Shown: positions 1 to 14,246 of the stretch, one piece after another
Numbering within the stretch: position 1 is the stretch's first letter
How the letters are laid out: each line of letters starts with the position of its first letter
Assembly: GCA_009914755.4 (NCBI GenBank)
Contig: CP086569.2
Location: 55,168,001 to 55,232,000, forward strand
Reading direction: 5' to 3'
Length of the DNA: 64,000 nucleotides
From: the human T2T-CHM13v2.0 reference genome, Homo sapiens
Translations under genes and position numbers: made by a program
The notes under the pieces: model-generated
Told to the model about the DNA's origin: nothing
The model's database searches: none
Seen by the model: only the letters and a program-made list of their open reading frames with translations

Positions 1-3000
1 AATGGAACTTTCTTGAATGGACTGGAATCAAACGGAATGGAATGCAATGCAATCAAATGGCATGGAATAAAATAGAATGAAAGAGAATCAAATGGAATTG
101 AATCGAATGGAATCGAATGGATTGGAAAGGAATAGAATGGAATGGAATGGAATTGACTCAAATGGAATGGACTAGAATGGAATGGATTCGAATGGAAGGC
201 AAAGGAATGGAATCTATTGGAATGGACTGTAATGGAATGGAATGGAAGGGATTGGAATGGACTCGAATGGAATGGACTGCAATAGAAAGGATTTGAATGG
301 AATGAAAAAGAATTGAATGGAATAGAACAGAATGGAATCAAATCGAATGAAATGGAATGGAATAGAAAGGAATGGAATGAAATGGAATGGAAAGGATTCG
401 AATGGAATGCAATCGAATGGAATGGAATCGAACGGAATGGAATAAAATGGAAGAAAACTGGCAAGAAATGGAATCGAAATGAATGGAGTGTTATGGAACG
501 GACTCAAAAGGAATTGAATGTAATAGAATGGAGTGGAGTGGACTCGAATATAATGGACTGGAATGGAATGAAATCACATGGAATGGGAACGAATGGAATG
601 GAATGGAAAGGAATGGAATCGAATGGAAAGGAATCGAATGGAAGGGAATGAAATTGAATCAACAGGAATGGAAGGGAATAGAATAGACGGTAATGGAATG
701 GACTCGAATAGAATGGACACGAATGCTCAAATTGAATGGACTCGAATGGAATGGAAACGAAAGGAATGTCATCGAATGGAATTGAATCGATTGGAATGAA
801 ATCGCATAGAATGGAGTGGAATCAAATGGAATTGAATCGAAAGGAAAGGAAGCGAATGGACTGAAATGAAATGGAATGGAATTGAATGGAAAGTAATGCA
901 ATGGAATAGAATGGAACGAAATTTCACGGAATGGAATCAAACTGAATGGAATCAAATCAATGGAATCAAATCAAATGGAATGGAAAGGAATTGAATGGAG
1001 TTGATTGGATTGGATGGGATTGGAATGAAATGTACTGGAAAGGACTCGAATTTCATGAAACGGAATGGAATGAATTGGAACGGAATGGACTCGAATGGAA
1101 TGGAATGTCATGGAATGGCATCAAATGGAATGGCATCAAATGGAATGGAATCGAATGCAATGGAATGCTATGGAATGGAATGGAATGCATTGGAATGGAA
1201 TGTCCTCTAATGGAATGGATTCGAGTGGAATGGAATCGAATATAATGGAGTCGAATGAAATGGAATTGAAAGGAATGGGATCGAATACAATGGAATATAC
1301 TGGAATGTAATGTAATGAACTCGAATGTAATTGACTGGAATGGAATGTACATGAATGGAATGTAATCGAATGGAAAGTAATCCAATGGAATAGAATCTAA
1401 TGCAATAAAATCGACTCAGATAGATTAGAATGTAATGGAATGGAGTGCAGTGCAATGGAATGGAATGGAATGGAATGCAATGGTATGGAATGGAATGGAA
1501 TGGAATGGAATGGAATGGAATGGAATGGGATGGAATGGTATGGAATGGTATGGAATGGATAGTAATGGACTGGAGTGAAATGGACTGGAAAGGAATGGAC
1601 TCAAATTGAAAGGGCTCGAAAGGAATGGAGTCAAATGGAATGGTCTGGAATGGAATGAACACGAATGTAATGCAATCCAATAGAATGGAATCGAATGGCA
1701 TGGAATATAAAGAAATGGATTCGAAGAGAATGGAAACAAATGGAATGGAATTGAATGGAATGGAATTGAATGGAATGGGAACGAATGGAGTGAAATTGTA
1801 TGCAGTAGAAGGGAATAGAATGGAATGCAAGCGAAAGGAAAGGAATGGATTGGAATGGAATGGAATTCATTGGAATGGAAGGGAATGTAGTGTAATGGAC
1901 AGGCCTGGAATAAAGTGGAATGCTACGGTCTCGAATGGAATAAAAATGTATGGAATGGAATACAAAGAAACGGAATCGAATGTCATAGAATGTAATGGAA
2001 TGCAACAAAATGGAATCCAAAATCATTGACTGGAAAGGCTGGGTGTCGAAAGGAATTGACTCCAATGGAATGGAATCGAATGGAATGGAAGTGAATAGAA
2101 TCGAACTAAATCGAATGGAATGGAATTGATAGGAACGGAATGGAAAGGAATGCAATGATTTGGCATGGAATGGAATCGAATGGCATCGAATGGAATGGAA
2201 TGGAATGCAATGGAATGGAATGTATTAGAATGTAATGAACTTTAATGGAATGTACTCGAATGGATTCGACTGGAATGGAATGTTCTGGAAGTGAATGGAC
2301 TCCAATGGAATGGATTCAAAAGGAATGGAATCGTACGGAATGGAATCTAATGGAATGGAATTAAATGGAAATGAATCAAATTGAATAGCACGGAATTGAA
2401 TTGAATGGAATGGAATGCAATGGAATCTAATGAAACGGAAAGGAAAGGAATGGAATGGAATGGAATGGGCTGGAATGGAAAGGAATCGAAACGAATGGAA
2501 TGGAACCGAACTGAAGAGACTGGAATGGAATGCACTGGAATGGAAGGGAGTGTAATGGAAGGTTCTCGAAAAAAATGGAATCGAATGGAATGGAATTGAA
2601 TGGAACGGAATAGAGTCGAATGGAATTGAATGGAATGGAATGGACTAGAGTGAAATGGAATCGAACCACAAGGAATGGAGAGGAATAGAATGGTCTCGAA
2701 TTGAATGGAATCGTATGGAATGGCATCAAACGGAATGGAATGGACAGCCACGGAATGGAATGCACTCGAATGCAATGGAGTCGAAACTAATGGACTGGAA
2801 TAGAATGGACTCGACTGGTACGGACTCCAATGGAATGGAATCGAATGGAAGGGAATCGAACGGAATGGACTCGAAGGGAAAAGACTGCAATGGAAAGGTC
2901 TGGAATGGAATGGAAATTAATGGAATGGAATGGAATCGAATGAAATGGAGTCAAAAGGAATGGAATCGAATGGCAAGAAATCGAATGTAATGGAATCGCA

Positions 3001-3579
3001 AGGAATTGATGTGAACGGAACGGAATGGAATGGAATCCAAAGGAATGGAATAGAATGGAATGGAATCGAATGGAAAGGACTCGAATGGAAATCACTCGAA
3101 TAGAATGCAATTTAATAAAATAGGATCAAATGGAATGGAATGGAATGGAAAGGAATCGAAACGAAAGGAATGGAGACAGATGGAATGGAATGGAACAGAG
3201 AGCAATGCTATAGAATGGAATGGAATCATCTGGAATGGAATTGAATGGAATGGAATAATATGAAATGGAATGGAATGGAATGGAATGGAATGCCCTTGAA
3301 TTAAATGGACTGGAATGGAATGGACTCCAACAGAGTGGAATGGAAAGTGTTGAGATAGAATGGAATGGACTCCTTTGGAATGGTCTAGTATGCAATGCAA
3401 TCGACTGGCAGGGAATCAAAAGGAATGTAATCGAATGGATTGGACTGGAATGCAATGGACTCGAATAGATTGGAAACGGAATGCAAAGGAATGGAATGGA
3501 ATAGTATGGAATGGAATGGAAAGGAATGGAGTGGAATAGACTAGAGTGGAATGGAATGGACTGGAAAGCAATGGACTGG
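1..3579 (+). repeat. HSat3 HOR unit 1 (3579 bp), subtype K
   Basis: The anchor aatggaactttcttgaatgg occurs at 1 and again at 3580. The content matches unit 7 at offset 21389. Confidence 0.9.
1453..1560 (+). repeat. Near-pure (GGAAT)n tract of ~21 pentamers with about 5 substitutions. This is the most homogeneous segment of each HOR. One example is listed; an equivalent tract sits at the same relative position in every unit.
   Basis: Direct read: aatggaatggaatggaatgcaatggtatggaatggaatgg…ggaatgggatggaatggtatggaatggtatggaatggat. The tract length varies between units, for example it is shorter at 8631-8700 and 12160-12215. Confidence 0.85.
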
Positions 3580-6500
3580 AATGGAACTTTCTTGAATGGA
3601 CTGGAATCAAACGGAATGGAATGCAATGCAATCAAATGGCATGGAATAAAATAGAATGAAAGAGAATCAAATGGAATTGAATCGAATGGAATCGAATGGA
3701 TTGGAAAGGAATAGAATGGAATGGAATGGAATTGACTCAAATGGAATGGACTAGAATGGAATGGATTCGAATGGAAGGCAAAGGAATGGAATCTATTGGA
3801 ATGGACTGTAATGGAATGGAATGGAAGGGATTGGAATGGACTCGAATGGAATGGACTGCAATAGAAAGGATTCCAATGGAATGAAAAAGAATTGAATGGA
3901 ATAGAACAGAATGGAATCAAATCGAATGAAATGGAATGGAATAGAAAGGAATGGAATGAAATGGAATGGAAAGGATTCGAATGGAATGCAATCGAATGGA
4001 ATGGAATCGAACGGAATGGAATAAAATGGAAGAAAACTGGCAAGAAATGGAATCGAAATGAATGGAGTATTATGGAACGGACTCAAAAGGAATTGAATGT
4101 AATAGAATGGAGTGGAGTGGACTCGAATATAATGGACTGGAATGGAATGAAATCACATGGAATGGGAACGAATGGAATGGAATGGAAAGGAATGGAATCG
4201 AATGGAAAGGAATCGAATGGAAGGGAATGAAATTGAATCAACAGGAATGGAAGGGAATAGAATAGACGGTAATGGAATGGACTCGAATAGAATGGACACG
4301 AATGCTCAAATTGAATGGACTCGAATGGAATGGAAACGAAAGGAATGTCATCGAATGGAATTGAATCGATTGGAATGAAATCGCATAGAATGGAGTGGAA
4401 TCAAATGGAATTGAATCGAAAGGAAAGGAAGCGAATGGACTGAAATGAAATGGAATGGAATTGAATGGAAAGTAATGCAATGGAATAGAATGGAACGAAA
4501 TTTCACGGAATGGAATCAAACTGAATGGAATCAAATCAATGGAATCTAATCAAATGGAATGGAAAGGAATTGAATGGAGTAGATTGGATTGGATGGGATT
4601 GGAATGAAATCTACTGGAAAGGACTCGAATTTCATGAAACGGAATGGAATGAATTGGAACGGAATGGACTCGAATGGAATGGAATGTCATGGAATGGCAT
4701 CAAATGGAATGGCATCAAATGGAATGGAATCGAATGCAATGGAATGTTATGGAATGGAATGGAATGCATTGGAATGGAATGTCCTCTAATGGAATGGATT
4801 CGAGTGGAATGGAATCGAATATAATGGAGTCGAATGAAATGGAATTGAAAGGAATGGGATCGAATAGAATGGAATATACTGGAATGTAATGTAATGAACT
4901 CGAATGTAATTGACTGGAATGGAATGTACATGAATGGAAGGTAATCGAATGGAAAGTAATCCAATGGAATAGAATCTAATGCAATAAAACCGACTCAGAT
5001 AGAGTAGAATGTAATGGAATGGAGTGCAGTGCAATGGAATGGAATGGAATGGAATGCAATGGAATGGAATGGAATGGAATGGAATGGAATGGAATGGAAT
5101 GGAATGGGATGGAATGGTATGGAATGGTATGGAATGGATAGTAATGGACTGGAGTGAAATGGACTGGAAAGGAATGGACTCAAATTGAAAGGGCTCGAAA
5201 GGAATGGAGTCAAATGGAATGGTCTGGAATGGAATGAACACGAATGTAATGCAATCCAATAGAATGGAATCGAATGGCATGGAATATAAAGAAATGGATT
5301 CGAAGAGAATGGAAACAAATGGAATGGAATTGAATGGAATGGAATTGAATGGAATGGGAACGAATGGAGTGAAATTGTATGCAGTAGAAGGGAATAGAAT
5401 GGAATGCAAGCGAAAGGAAAGGAATGGATTGGAATGGAATGGAATTCATTGGAATGGAAGGGAATGTAGTGTAATGGACAGGCCTGGAATAAAGTGGAAT
5501 GCTACGGTCTCGAATGGAATAAAAATGTATGGAATGGAATACAAAGAAACGGAATCGAATGTCATAGAATGTAATGGAATGCAACAAAATGGAATCCAAA
5601 ATCATTGACTGGAAAGGCTGGGTGTCGAAAGGAATTGACTCCAATGGAATGGAATCGAATGGAATGGAAGTGAATAGAATCGAACTAAATCGAATGGAAT
5701 GGAATTGATAGGAACGGAATGGAAAGGAATGCAATGATTTGGCATGGAATGGAATCGAATGGCATCGAATGGAATGGAATGGAATGCAATGGAATGGAAT
5801 GTATTAGAATGTAATGAACTTTAATGGAATGTACTCGAATGGATTCGACTGGAATGGAATGTTCTGGAAGTGAATGGACTCCAATGGAATGGATTCAAAA
5901 GGAATGGAATCGTACGGAATGGAATCTAATGGAATGGAATTAAATGGAAATGAATCAAATTGAATAGCACGGAATTGAATTGAATGGAATGGAATTCAAT
6001 GGAATCTAATGAAACGGAAAGGAAAGGAATGGAATGGAATGGAATGGGCTGGAATGGAAAGGAATCGAAACGAATGGAATGGAATCGAACTGAAGAGACT
6101 GGAATGGAATGCAATGGAATGGAATGCACTGGAATGGAAGGGAGTGTAATGGAAGGTTCTCGAAAAAAATGGAATCGAATGGAATGGAATTGAATGGAAC
6201 GGAATAGAGTCGAATGGAATTGAATGGAATGGAATGGACTAGAGTGAAATGGAATCAAACCACAAGGAATGGAGAGGAATAGAATGGTCTCGAATTGAAT
6301 GGAATCGTATGGAATGGCATCAAACGGAATGGAATGGACAGCCACGGAATGGAATGCACTCGAATGCAATGGAGTCGAAACTAATGGACTGGAATAGAAT
6401 GGACTCGACTGGTACGGACTCCAATGCAATGGAATCGAATGGAAGGGAATCGAACGGAATGGACTCGAAGGGAAAAGACTGCAATGGAAAGGTCTCGAAT

Positions 6501-7173
6501 GGAATGGAAATTAATGGAATGGAATGGAATGGAATGAAATGGAGTCAAAAGGAATGGAATCGAATGGCAAGAAATCGAATGTAATGGAATCGCAAGGAAT
6601 TGATGTGAACGGAACGGAATGGAATGGAATCCAAAGGAATGGAATAGAATGGAATGGAATCGAATGGAAAGGACTCGAATGGAAATCACTCGAATAGAAT
6701 GCAATTTAATAAAATAGGATCAAATGTAATGGAATGGAATGGAAAGGAATCGAAACGAAAGGAATGGAGACAGATGGAATGGAATAGAACAGAGAGCAAT
6801 GGTATAGAATGGAATGGAATCATCTGGAATGGAATCATCTGGAATGGAATAATATGAAATGGAATGGAATGGAATGGAATGGAATGCCCTTGAATTAAAT
6901 GGACTGGAATGGAATGGACTCGAACAGAGTGGAATGGAAAGTGTTGAGATAGAATGGAATGGACTCCTTTGGAATGGTGTAGTATGCAATGCAATCGACT
7001 GGCAGGGAATCAAAAGGAATGTAATGGAATGGACTGGACTGGAATGCAATGGACTCGAATAGATTGGAAACGGAATGCAAAGAAATGGAATGGAATAGTA
7101 TGGAATGGAATGGAAAGGAATGGAGTGGAATAGACTAGAGTGGAATGGAATGGACTGGAAAGCAATGGACTGG
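3580..7173 (+). repeat. HSat3 HOR unit 2 (3594 bp), subtype L/W
   Basis: Anchor at 3580 and 7174. It carries a 15-bp (3-pentamer) insertion relative to unit 1 near 6110 (ggaatgcaatggaat). The same subtype recurs in units 5 (partly), 8, 11, 14 and 15. Confidence 0.9.
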
Positions 7174-10100
7174 AATGGAACTTTCTTGAATGGACTGGAA
7201 TCAAACGGAATGGAATGCAATGCAATCAAATGGCATGGAATAAAATAGAATGAAAGAGAATCAAATGGAATTGAATCGAATGGAATCGAATGGATTGGAA
7301 AGGAATAGAATGGAATGGAATGGAATGGACTCAAATGGAATGGACTAGAATGGAATGGATTCGAATGGAAGGCAAAGGAATGGAATCTATTGGAATGGAC
7401 TGTAATGGAATGGAATGGAAGGGATTGGAATGGACTCGAATGGAATGGACTGCAATAGAAAGGATTCGAATGGAATGAAAAAGAATTGAATGGAATAGAA
7501 CAGAATGGAATCAAATCGAATGAAATGGAATGGAATAGAAAGGAATGGAATGAAATGGAATGGAAAGGATTCGAATGGAATGCAATCGAATGGAATGGAA
7601 TCGAACGGAATGGAATAAAATGGAAGAAAACTGGCAAGAAATGGAATCGAAATGAATGGAGTGTTATGGAACGGACTCAAAAGGAATTGAATGTAATAGA
7701 ATGGAGTGGAGTGGACTCGAATATAATGGACTGGAATGGAATGAAATCACATGGAATGGGAACGAATGGAATGGAATGGAAAGGAATGGAATCGAATGGA
7801 AAGGAATCGAATGGAAGGGAATGAAATTGAATCAACAGGAATGGAAGGGAATAGAATAGACGGTAATGGAATGGACTCGAATAGAATGGACACGAATGCT
7901 CAAATTGAATGGACTCGAATGGAATGGAAACGAAAGGAATGTCATCGAATGGAATTGAATCGATTGGAATGAAATCGCATAGAATGGAGTGGAATCAAAT
8001 GGAATTGAATCGAAAGGAAAGGAAGCGAATGGACTGAAATGAAATGGAATGGAATTGAATGGAAAGTAATGCAATGGAATAGAATGGAACGAAATTTCAC
8101 GGAATGGAATCAAACTGAATGGAATCAAATCAATGGAATCAAATCAAATGGAATGGAAAGGAATTGAATGGAGTAGATTGGATTGGATGGGATTGGAATG
8201 AAATGTACTGGAAAGGACTCGAATTTCATGAAACGGAATGGAATGAATTGGAACGGAATGGACTCGAATGGAATGGAATGTCATGGAATGGCATCAAATG
8301 GAACGGCATCAAATGGAATAGAATCGAATGCAATGGAATGCTATGGAATGGAATGGAATGCATTGGAATGGAATGTCCTCTAATGGAATGGATTCGAGTG
8401 GAATGGAATCGAATATAATGGAGTCGAATGAAATGGAATTGAAAGGAATGGGATCGAATACAATGGAATATACTGGAATGTAACGTAATGAACTCGAATG
8501 TAATTGACTGGAATGGAATGTACATGAATGGAATGTAATCGAATGGAAAGTAATCCAATGGAATAGAATCTAATGCAATAAAATCGACTCAGATAGAGTA
8601 GAATGTAATGGAATGGAGTTCAGTGCAATGGAATGGAATGGAATGGAATGCAATTGAATGGAATGGAATGGAATGGAATGGAATGGAATGGGATGGAATG
8701 GTATGGAATGGATAGTAATGGACTGGAGTGAAATGGACTGGAAAGGAATGGACTCAAATTGAAAGGGCTCGAAAGGAATGGAGTCAAATGGAATGGTCTG
8801 GAATGGAATGAACACGAATGTAATGCAATCCAATAGAATGGAATCGAATGGCATGGAATATAAAGAAATGGAATCGAAGAGAATGGAAACAAATGGAATG
8901 GAATTGAATGGAATGGGAACGAATGGAGTGAAATTGTATGCAGTAGAAGGGAATAGAATGGAATGCAAGCGAAAGGAAAGGAATGGATTGGAATGGAATG
9001 GAATTCATTGGAATGGAAGGGAATGTAGTGTAATGGACAGGCCTGGAATAAAGTGGAATGCTACGGTCTCGAATGGAATAAAAATGTATGGAATGGAATG
9101 CAATGAAACGGAATCGAATGTCATAGAATGTAATGGAATGCAAAAAAATGGAATCCAAAATCATTGACTGGAAAGGCTGGGTGTCGAAAGGAATTGACTC
9201 CAATGGAATGGAATCGAATGGAATGGAAGTGAATAGAATCGAACTAAATCGAATGGAATGGAATTGATAGGAACGGAATGGAAAGGAATGCAATGATTTG
9301 GCATGGAATGGAATCGAATGGCATCGAATGGAATGGAATGGAATGCAATGGAATGGAATGTATTAGAATGTAATGAACTTTAATGGAATGTACTCGAATG
9401 GATTCGACTGGAATGGAATGTTCTGGAAGTGAATGGACTCCAATGGAATGGATTCAAAAGGAATGGAATCGTACGGAATGGAATCTAATGGAATGGAATT
9501 AAATGGAAATGAATCAAATTGAATAGCACGGAATTGAATTGAATGGAATGGAATGCAATGGAATCTAATGAAACGGAAAGGAAAGGAATGGAATGGAATG
9601 GAATGGACTGGAATGGAAAGGAATCGAAACGAATGGAATGGAATCGAACTGAAGAGACTGGAATGGAATGCACTGGAATGGAAGGGAGTGTAATGGAAGG
9701 TTCTCGAAAAAAATGGAATCGAATGGAATGGAATTGAATGGAACGGAATAGAGTCGAATGGAATTGAATGGAATGGAATGGACTAGAGTGAAATGGAATC
9801 GAACCACAAGGAATGGACAGGAATAGAATGGTCTCGAATTGAATGGAATCGTATGGAATGGCATCAAACGGAATGGAATGGACAGCCACGGAATGGAATG
9901 CACTCGAATGCAATGGAGTCGAAACTAATGGACTGGAATAGAATGGACTCGACTGGTACGGACTCCAATGGAATGGAATCGAATGGAAGGGAATCGAACG
10001 GAATGGACTCGAAGGGAAAAGACTGCAATGGAAAGGTCTCGAATGGAATGGAAATTAATGGAATGGAATGGAATCGAATGAAATGGAGTCAAAAGGAATG

Positions 10101-10717
10101 GAATCGAATGGCAAGAAATCGAATGTAATGGAATCACAAGGAATTGATGTGAACGGAACGGAATGGAATGGAATCCAAAGGAATGGAATAGAATGGAATG
10201 GAATCGAATGGAAAGGACTCGAATGGAAATCACTCGAATAGAATGCAATTTAATAAAATAGGATCAAATGTAATGGAATGGAATGAAAAGGAATCGAAAC
10301 GAAAGGAATGGAGACAGATGGAATGGAATGGAACAGAGAGCAATGGTATAGAATGGAATGGAATCATCTGGAATGGAATTGAATGGAATGGAATAATATG
10401 AAATGGAATGGAATGGAATGGAATGGAATGCCCTTGAATTAAATGGACTGGAATGGAATGGACTCGAACAGAGTGGAATGGAAAGTGTTGAGATAGAATG
10501 GAATGGACTCCTTTGGAATGGTGTAGTATGCAATGCAATCGACTGGCAGGGAATCAAAAGGAATGTAATCGAATGGATTGGACTGGAATGCAATGGACTC
10601 GAATAGATTGGAAACGGAATGCAAAGGAATGGAATGGAATAGTATGGAATGGAATGGAAAGGAATGGAGTGGAATAGACTAGAGTGGAATGGAATGGACT
10701 GGAAAGCAATGGACTGG
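7174..10717 (+). repeat. HSat3 HOR unit 3 (3544 bp)
   Basis: Anchor at 7174 and 10718. It is shorter through in-register pentamer deletions, for example in the (GGAAT)n tract at 8631-8700 and one missing 15-bp copy near 8900. Confidence 0.9.
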
Positions 10718-13700
10718 AATGGAACTTTCTTGAATGGACTGGAATCAAACGGAATGGAATGCAATGCAATCAAATGGCATGGAATAAAATAGAATGAAAG
10801 AGAATCAAATGGAATTGAATCGAATGGAATCGAATGGATTGGAAAGGAATAGAATGGAATGGAATGGAATTGACTCAAATGGAATGGACTAGAATGGAAT
10901 GGATTCGAATGGAAGGCAAAGGAATGGAATCTATTGGAATGGACTGTAATGGAATGGAATGGAAGGGATTGGAATGGACTCGAATGGAATGGACTGCAAT
11001 AGAAAGGATTCGAATGGAATGAAAAAGAATTGAATGGAATAGAACAGAATGGAATCAAATCGAATGAAATGGAATGGAATGAAATGGAATGGAAAGGATT
11101 CGAATGGAATGCAATCGAATGGAATGGAATCGAACGGAATGGAATAAAATGGAAGAAAACTGGCAAGAAATGGAATCGAAATGAATGGAGTGTTATGGAA
11201 CGGAGTCAAAAGGAATTGAATGTAATAGAATGGAGTGGAGTGGACTCGAATATAATGGACTGGAATGGAATGAAATCACATGGAATGGGAACGAATGGAA
11301 TGGAATGGAAAGGAATGGAATCGAATGGAAAGGAATCGAATGGAAGGGAATGAAATTGAATCAACAGGAATGGAAGGGAATAGAATAGACGGTAATGGAA
11401 TGGACTCGAATAGAATGGACAGGAATGCTCAAATTGAATGGACTCGAATGGAATGGAAACGAAATGAATGTCATCGAATGGAATTGAATCGATTGGAATG
11501 AAATCATATAGAATGGAGTGGAATCAAATGGAATTGAATCGAAAGGAAAGGAAACAAATGGACTGAAATGAAATGGAATGGAATTGAATGGAAAGTTATG
11601 TAATGGAATAGAATGGAACGAAATTTCACGGAATGGATTCAAACTGAATGGAATCAAATCAATGGAATCAAATCAAATGGAATGGAAAGGAATTGAATGG
11701 AGTAGATTGGATTGGATGGGATTGGAATGAAATGTACTGGAAAGGACTCGAATTTCATGAAACGGAATGGAATGAATTGGAACGGAACGGACTCGAATGG
11801 AATGGAATGTCATGGAATGGCATCAAATGGAATGGCATCAAATGGAATGGAATCGAATGCAATGGAATGCTATGGAATGGAATGGAATGCATTGGAATGG
11901 AATGTCCTCTAATGGAATGGATTCGAGTGGAATGGAATCGAATATAATGGAGTCGAATGAAATGGAATTGAAAGGAATGGGATCGAATACAATGGAATAT
12001 ACTGGAATGTAATGTAATGAACTCGAATGTAATTGACTGGAATGGAATGTACATGAATGGAATGTAATCGAATGGAAAGTAATCCAATGGAATAGAATCT
12101 AATGCAATAAAATCGACTCAGATAGAGTAGAATGCAATGGAATGGAGTGCAGTGCAATGGAATGGAATGGAATGCAATGGAATGGAATGGAATGGAATGG
12201 AATGGAATGGAATGGTGTGGAATGGATAGTAATGGACTGGAGTGAAATGGACTGGAAAGGAATGGACTCAAATTGAAAGGGCTCGAAAGGAATGGAGTCA
12301 AATGGAATGGTCTGGAATGGAATGAACACGAATGTAATGCAATCCAATAGAATGGAATCGAATGGCATGGAATATAAAGAAATGGAATCGAAGAGAATGG
12401 AAACAAATGGAATGGAATTGAGTGGAATCGAATTGAATGGAATGGGAACGAATGGAGTGAAATTGTATGCAGTAGAAGAGAATAGAATGGAATGCAAGCG
12501 AAAGGAAAGGAATGGATTGGAATGGGATGGAATTCATTGGAATGGAAGGGAATGTAGTGTAATGGACAGGCCTGGAATAAAGTGGAATGCTACGGTCTCG
12601 AATGGAATAAAAATGTATGGAATGGAATGCAATGAAACGGAATCGAATGTCATAGAATGTAATGGAATGCAAAAAAATGGAATCCAAAATCATTGACTGG
12701 AAAGGCTGGGTGTCGAAAGGAATTGACTCCAATGGAATGGAATCGAATGGAATGGAAGTGAATAGAATCGAACTAAATCGAATGGAATGGAATTGATAGG
12801 AACGGAATGGAAAGGAATGCAATGATTTGGCATGGAATGGAATCGAATGGCATCGAATGGAATGGAATGGAATGCAATGGAATGGAATGTATTAGAATGT
12901 AATGAACTTTAATGGAATGTACTCGAATGGATTCGACTGGAATGGAATGTTCTGGAAGTGAATGGACTCCAATGGAATGGATTCCAAAGGAATGGAATCG
13001 TATGGAATGGAATCTAATGGAATGGAATTAAATGGAAATGAATCAAATTGAATAGCACGGAATTGAATTGAATGAAATGGAATGCAATGGAATCTAATGA
13101 AACGGAAAGGAAAGGAATGGAATGGAATGGAATGGGCTGGAATGGAAAGGAATCGAAACGAATGGAATGGAATCGAACTGAAGAGACTGGAATGGAATGC
13201 ACTGGAATGGAAGGGAGTGTAATGGAAGGTTCTCGAAAAAAATGGAATCGAATGGAATGGAATTGAATGGAAAGGAATAGAGTCGAATGAAATTGAATGG
13301 AATGGAATGGACTAGAGTGAAATGGAATCGAACCACAAGGAATGGACAGGAATAGAATGGTCTCGAATTGAATGGAATCGTATGGAATGGCATCAAACGG
13401 AATGGAATGGACAGCCACGGAATGGAATGCACTCGAATGCAATGGAGTCGAAACTAATGGACTGGAATAGAATGGACTCGACTGGTACGGACTCCAATGG
13501 AATGGAATCGAATGGAAGGGAATGGAACGGAATGGACTCGAAGGGAAAAGACTGCAATGGAAAGGTCTCGAATGGAATGGAAATTAATGGAATGGAATGG
13601 AATCGAATGAAATGGAGTCAAAAGGAATGGAATCGAATGGCAAGAAATCGAATGTAATGGAATCGCAAGGAATTGATGTGAACGGAACGGAATGGAATGG

Positions 13701-14246
13701 AATCCAAAGGAATGGAATAGAATGGAATGGAATCGAATGGAAAGGACTCGAATGGAAATCACTCGAATAGAATGCAATTTAATAAAATAGGATCAAATGG
13801 AATGGAATGGAATGGAAAGGAATCGAAACGAAAGGAATGGAGACAGATGGAATGGAATGGAACAGAGAGCAATGCTATAGAATGGAATGGAATCATCTGG
13901 AATGGAATTGAATGGAATGGAATAATATGAAATGGAATGGAATGGAATGGAATGGAATGCCCTTGAATTAAATGGACTGGAATGGAATGGACTCCAACAG
14001 AGTGGAATGGAAAGTGTTGAGATAGAATGGAATGGACTCCTTTGGAATGGTCTAGTATGCAATGCAATCGACTGGCAGGGAATCAAAAGGAATGTAATCG
14101 AATGGATTGGACTGGAATGCAATGGACTCGAATAGATTGGAAACGGAATGCAAAGGAATGGAATGGAATAGTATGGAATGGAATGGAAAGGAATGGAGTG
14201 GAATAGACTAGAGTGGAATGGAATGGACTGGAAAGCAATGGACTGG
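10718..14246 (+). repeat. HSat3 HOR unit 4 (3529 bp)
   Basis: Anchor at 10718 and 14247. There are 15-bp deletions near 11080 and 11130 relative to neighbouring units. Confidence 0.9.
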
